From positions 288,001 to 352,000 of the forward strand of contig CAWFQL010000017.1 of NCBI GenBank assembly GCA_963817915.1: a stretch of 64,000 nucleotides of DNA. Direction: 5' to 3'. This DNA is from an uncultured candidate division Zixibacteria bacterium. Lineage in GTDB: Bacteria; Zixibacteria; MSB-5A5; UBA10806. Shown one piece after another: positions 61,814 through 64,000 of the stretch. Position 1 is the first letter of the stretch, and each line of letters starts with the position of its first letter. The notes beneath the pieces are model-generated. The model worked only from the letters and a program-made list of their open reading frames with translations. It had not been told where the DNA came from and did no database searches. The position numbers and the translations under genes are program-made.

Positions 61814-63319
61814 ATGCAAAATAGAAAAATCTTATTAGTTTTATTATCGGGGATAGTTAGTTTTATTTCATTTCCACCATTTCACTTTGGTCTTCTTATT
61901 TTTATCGCTCTGGTTCCTTTGCTTTACTCTATAGAGGACGTATCGCCGAAAAAGGCATTTAAGTACGGCTATATATGGGGGATGATTTTTTATTTGGGTC
62001 TTATCTACTATATTGCCTGGGTAACAGTCCCCGGAATGATTGCCACGGTGTTGGTATTATCATTAATTCCCGCATTTGGTAGTATGGTATTTGAAAGGCT
62101 TCTCGCTAGAAACAGGTGGATTGCGATAGTATTTGTGCCATTATTTTTTGTGGCGGTCAATTGGCTTTTCACTATGTCGGAATTGAATTATCCCTGGTGC
62201 GATTTCGGATATGCACTTGATTATTATCTGATAATGATTCAGGCTGCCGACCTGGGCGGAGTATATTTAATCTCAATTTTAATTCTATTCTTCAATATGA
62301 TTATTTATGTGTCGATTTCGCCTAAATTCGAAATGACTTCAGGAACTCAGTGGAAACTACGATCCGGGTCTCTCTTAATTGTGGCATTCCTGTTAGTTTA
62401 TGGAGGTTTCAGACTATCCGGTTCTAATGATAAATCTGCTGGAAATTCTCTGAAGGTCGGGATGATTCAGAGCAATATGACTGAGGATTTGAAATGGGAT
62501 CCACAAAATCTCCAGATGAATTTCGACAGGCATTTTGCACTTTCGAGAAAAGCCGTATCGCAAGGCGCCAGCTTCCTCGTATGGCCCGAAACTGCTATCC
62601 CAGCATATATTCTTCAGGAAAAACAGAAATATTATAAAATTAAAGCTTTTGTAGACTCGCTGAATGTCCCCATCCTTACAGGCATCCCATATTATGAGAC
62701 GGTTGGGCCCAATCAATATATTTACTTCAATTCGGCTGCGCTCCTCAAACCGTATAAAGAAGGATATACATTATATTCAAAAGTTCATTTAGTGCCGGTC
62801 AGTGAACGAATTCCATTTTCCGATAGATTCAAGATTCTGAAAGATATCCATTTAGGCCAGGCGGATTTTTCATCCGGTCGGGAACAGACTGTTTTCAGTC
62901 TTAATGGCTTTAAATTTGCCACATTGATTTGCTTTGAATCGGCGTTCCCGGGATATTGTCGCGATTTCGCCAAAAAAGGCGCGCAATTTTTTGTCGTAAT
63001 CACCAACGATATGTGGTTTGGACGGACATCATTGATGGAACAACACGCTATGATGTCGGTATTCAGAGCCGTAGAAAATAGAATTCCAGTAGTTAGAGCT
63101 GGTAATACGGGAGTTTCGATGGCAGTTAATAAGTGGGGCAGGATTTTGACTAAAAGCGACATTTTTAAGGAGCTTTTTATTACTGCGGAAATCAGCCCAA
63201 TCGATTCAAAGAGCATTTATGGAGTCATTGGCGATATAATACCCAAAATTGCAGCAATATTGACATTTCTCGCTTTGGTTATTGCCTTTTGGCCCGGATT
63301 TAAATATCTTTACCGGTAA
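61814..63319 (+). CDS. lnt: Apolipoprotein N-acyltransferase
   Basis: TM helices, YPW..FGY, VWPETA, YFNSA, YSKVHLVP..E, LICFES, TNDMWFG, RAVEN, RAGNTG. Confidence 0.92.
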   Translation: MQNRKILLVLLSGIVSFISFPPFHFGLLIFIALVPLLYSIEDVSPKKAFKYGYIWGMIFYLGLIYYIAWVTVPGMIATVLVLSLIPAFGSMVFERLLARNRWIAIVFVPLFFVAVNWLFTMSELNYPWCDFGYALDYYLIMIQAADLGGVYLISILILFFNMIIYVSISPKFEMTSGTQWKLRSGSLLIVAFLLVYGGFRLSGSNDKSAGNSLKVGMIQSNMTEDLKWDPQNLQMNFDRHFALSRKAVSQGASFLVWPETAIPAYILQEKQKYYKIKAFVDSLNVPILTGIPYYETVGPNQYIYFNSAALLKPYKEGYTLYSKVHLVPVSERIPFSDRFKILKDIHLGQADFSSGREQTVFSLNGFKFATLICFESAFPGYCRDFAKKGAQFFVVITNDMWFGRTSLMEQHAMMSVFRAVENRIPVVRAGNTGVSMAVNKWGRILTKSDIFKELFITAEISPIDSKSIYGVIGDIIPKIAAILTFLALVIAFWPGFKYLYR

Positions 63320-63325
63320 GGCGCT

Positions 63326-64000
63326 ATGTTAAAAAGCTTTTGTAAATTATTATTCTTGATTACAATTTTAAATGTCTCTCTATGGGGACAAAATTGGTCA
63401 AGTTATACAAATACCGATAATGTTCGTCGAATTTTGATTAATAATAATCAAATCTGGGGGGTGACTTCAGGCGGTATTGTTTCTTATCGGCCTTCAGATC
63501 AATCCATAACCAAATTGACCAATGTTGACGGATTGGGCGGGATCAATTATTACTGCATATCTTCCGATACCACCGGCAATATTTGGTGCGGTACATCAAA
63601 TGGCTGGTTAACTAAATTATTAGTCAACGGAAATATCAAAAATTACTCAATTCGGGATAGCACCGGTTATATTGCCAGACCCGTATCGTTATTCGATTTG
63701 AAAACCGACGGACTAAAATTGTGGATTGCCAATGATCTAGGTGTCAGCAAATTTATGATGTATTCCAACGGCGGGGAAATCAAGGATACCGCCCGAAAGC
63801 TGGGCAATCTCCCCAACGAGGAAGATGTAACCAGTATAGCGATAGTTGGGGAGAATCTATGGGCCGGCACAGCCCGCGGAGTAGCGTTCATAAATAAGGA
63901 TACTATAGATAATATTCAGTATTATGGTTTCTGGAGATCATTTAGCAAAGGCCAAAACGGATTAGGTAATACCGACAGTGATCAGAATATAAATTCCATA
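63326..64000 (+). CDS. PorZ-like beta-propeller exported protein (truncated by window end)
   Basis: Open frame from ATG 63326 (MLKSFCKLLFLITILNVSLWGQNWSSYTN...IWGVTSGGI...LTNVDGL...GNIWCGTSNG...LWAGTARGVA); not in the supplied ORF track, probably because no stop is reached. Confidence 0.6.
   Translation, partial: MLKSFCKLLFLITILNVSLWGQNWSSYTNTDNVRRILINNNQIWGVTSGGIVSYRPSDQSITKLTNVDGLGGINYYCISSDTTGNIWCGTSNGWLTKLLVNGNIKNYSIRDSTGYIARPVSLFDLKTDGLKLWIANDLGVSKFMMYSNGGEIKDTARKLGNLPNEEDVTSIAIVGENLWAGTARGVAFINKDTIDNIQYYGFWRSFSKGQNGLGNTDSDQNINSI

Noticed and set aside
152..63891. Numerous short ORFs antisense or out-of-frame to the main genes
   Set aside because: They overlap well-supported genes and show no recognisable motifs; these are shadow ORFs

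Overview
This is a bacterial chromosome segment (roughly 40-45% GC by eye) with dense coding, almost all on the + strand. It has sigma70-type TTGACA promoters, GGAGG Shine-Dalgarno sites and diderm envelope genes (bamD, lnt, tolC). By inference the host is a non-Bacteroidota member of the FCB group, such as a Zixibacteria- or Calditrichota-like organism. Housekeeping genes include rimO, nadD, polA, coaE, class II fba, nth, valS, priA, purM and gpmI. The accessory content is: (i) an ~18 kb envelope operon (9630-27946) encoding a PorU-like sortase, a PorV-like barrel, an M6 metalloprotease with a T9SS-type C-terminal domain, two paralogous membrane proteins, an NHL lipoprotein, an ~1090-aa uncharacterised outer-membrane protein, an Omp85 protein and a DGGGP-synthase-like UbiA prenyltransferase; (ii) a complete MoxR/Bat operon; (iii) a peroxiredoxin-fold gene lacking the catalytic Cys, followed by RND efflux and bacillithiol (bshC/A/B1) genes; (iv) a Tat-exported DUF362 protein paired with a membrane polyferredoxin; (v) a PorZ-like gene cut by the window end. 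The most striking feature is the PorV-like protein, which carries a ~530-aa insertion (beta-propeller plus three LysM-like modules) right after its NPA plug motif. A long structured RNA leader precedes porU. Eight single-base frameshifts, including ones in polA and nadD, look like sequencing errors. I saw no rRNA, tRNA, CRISPR array or mobile element.
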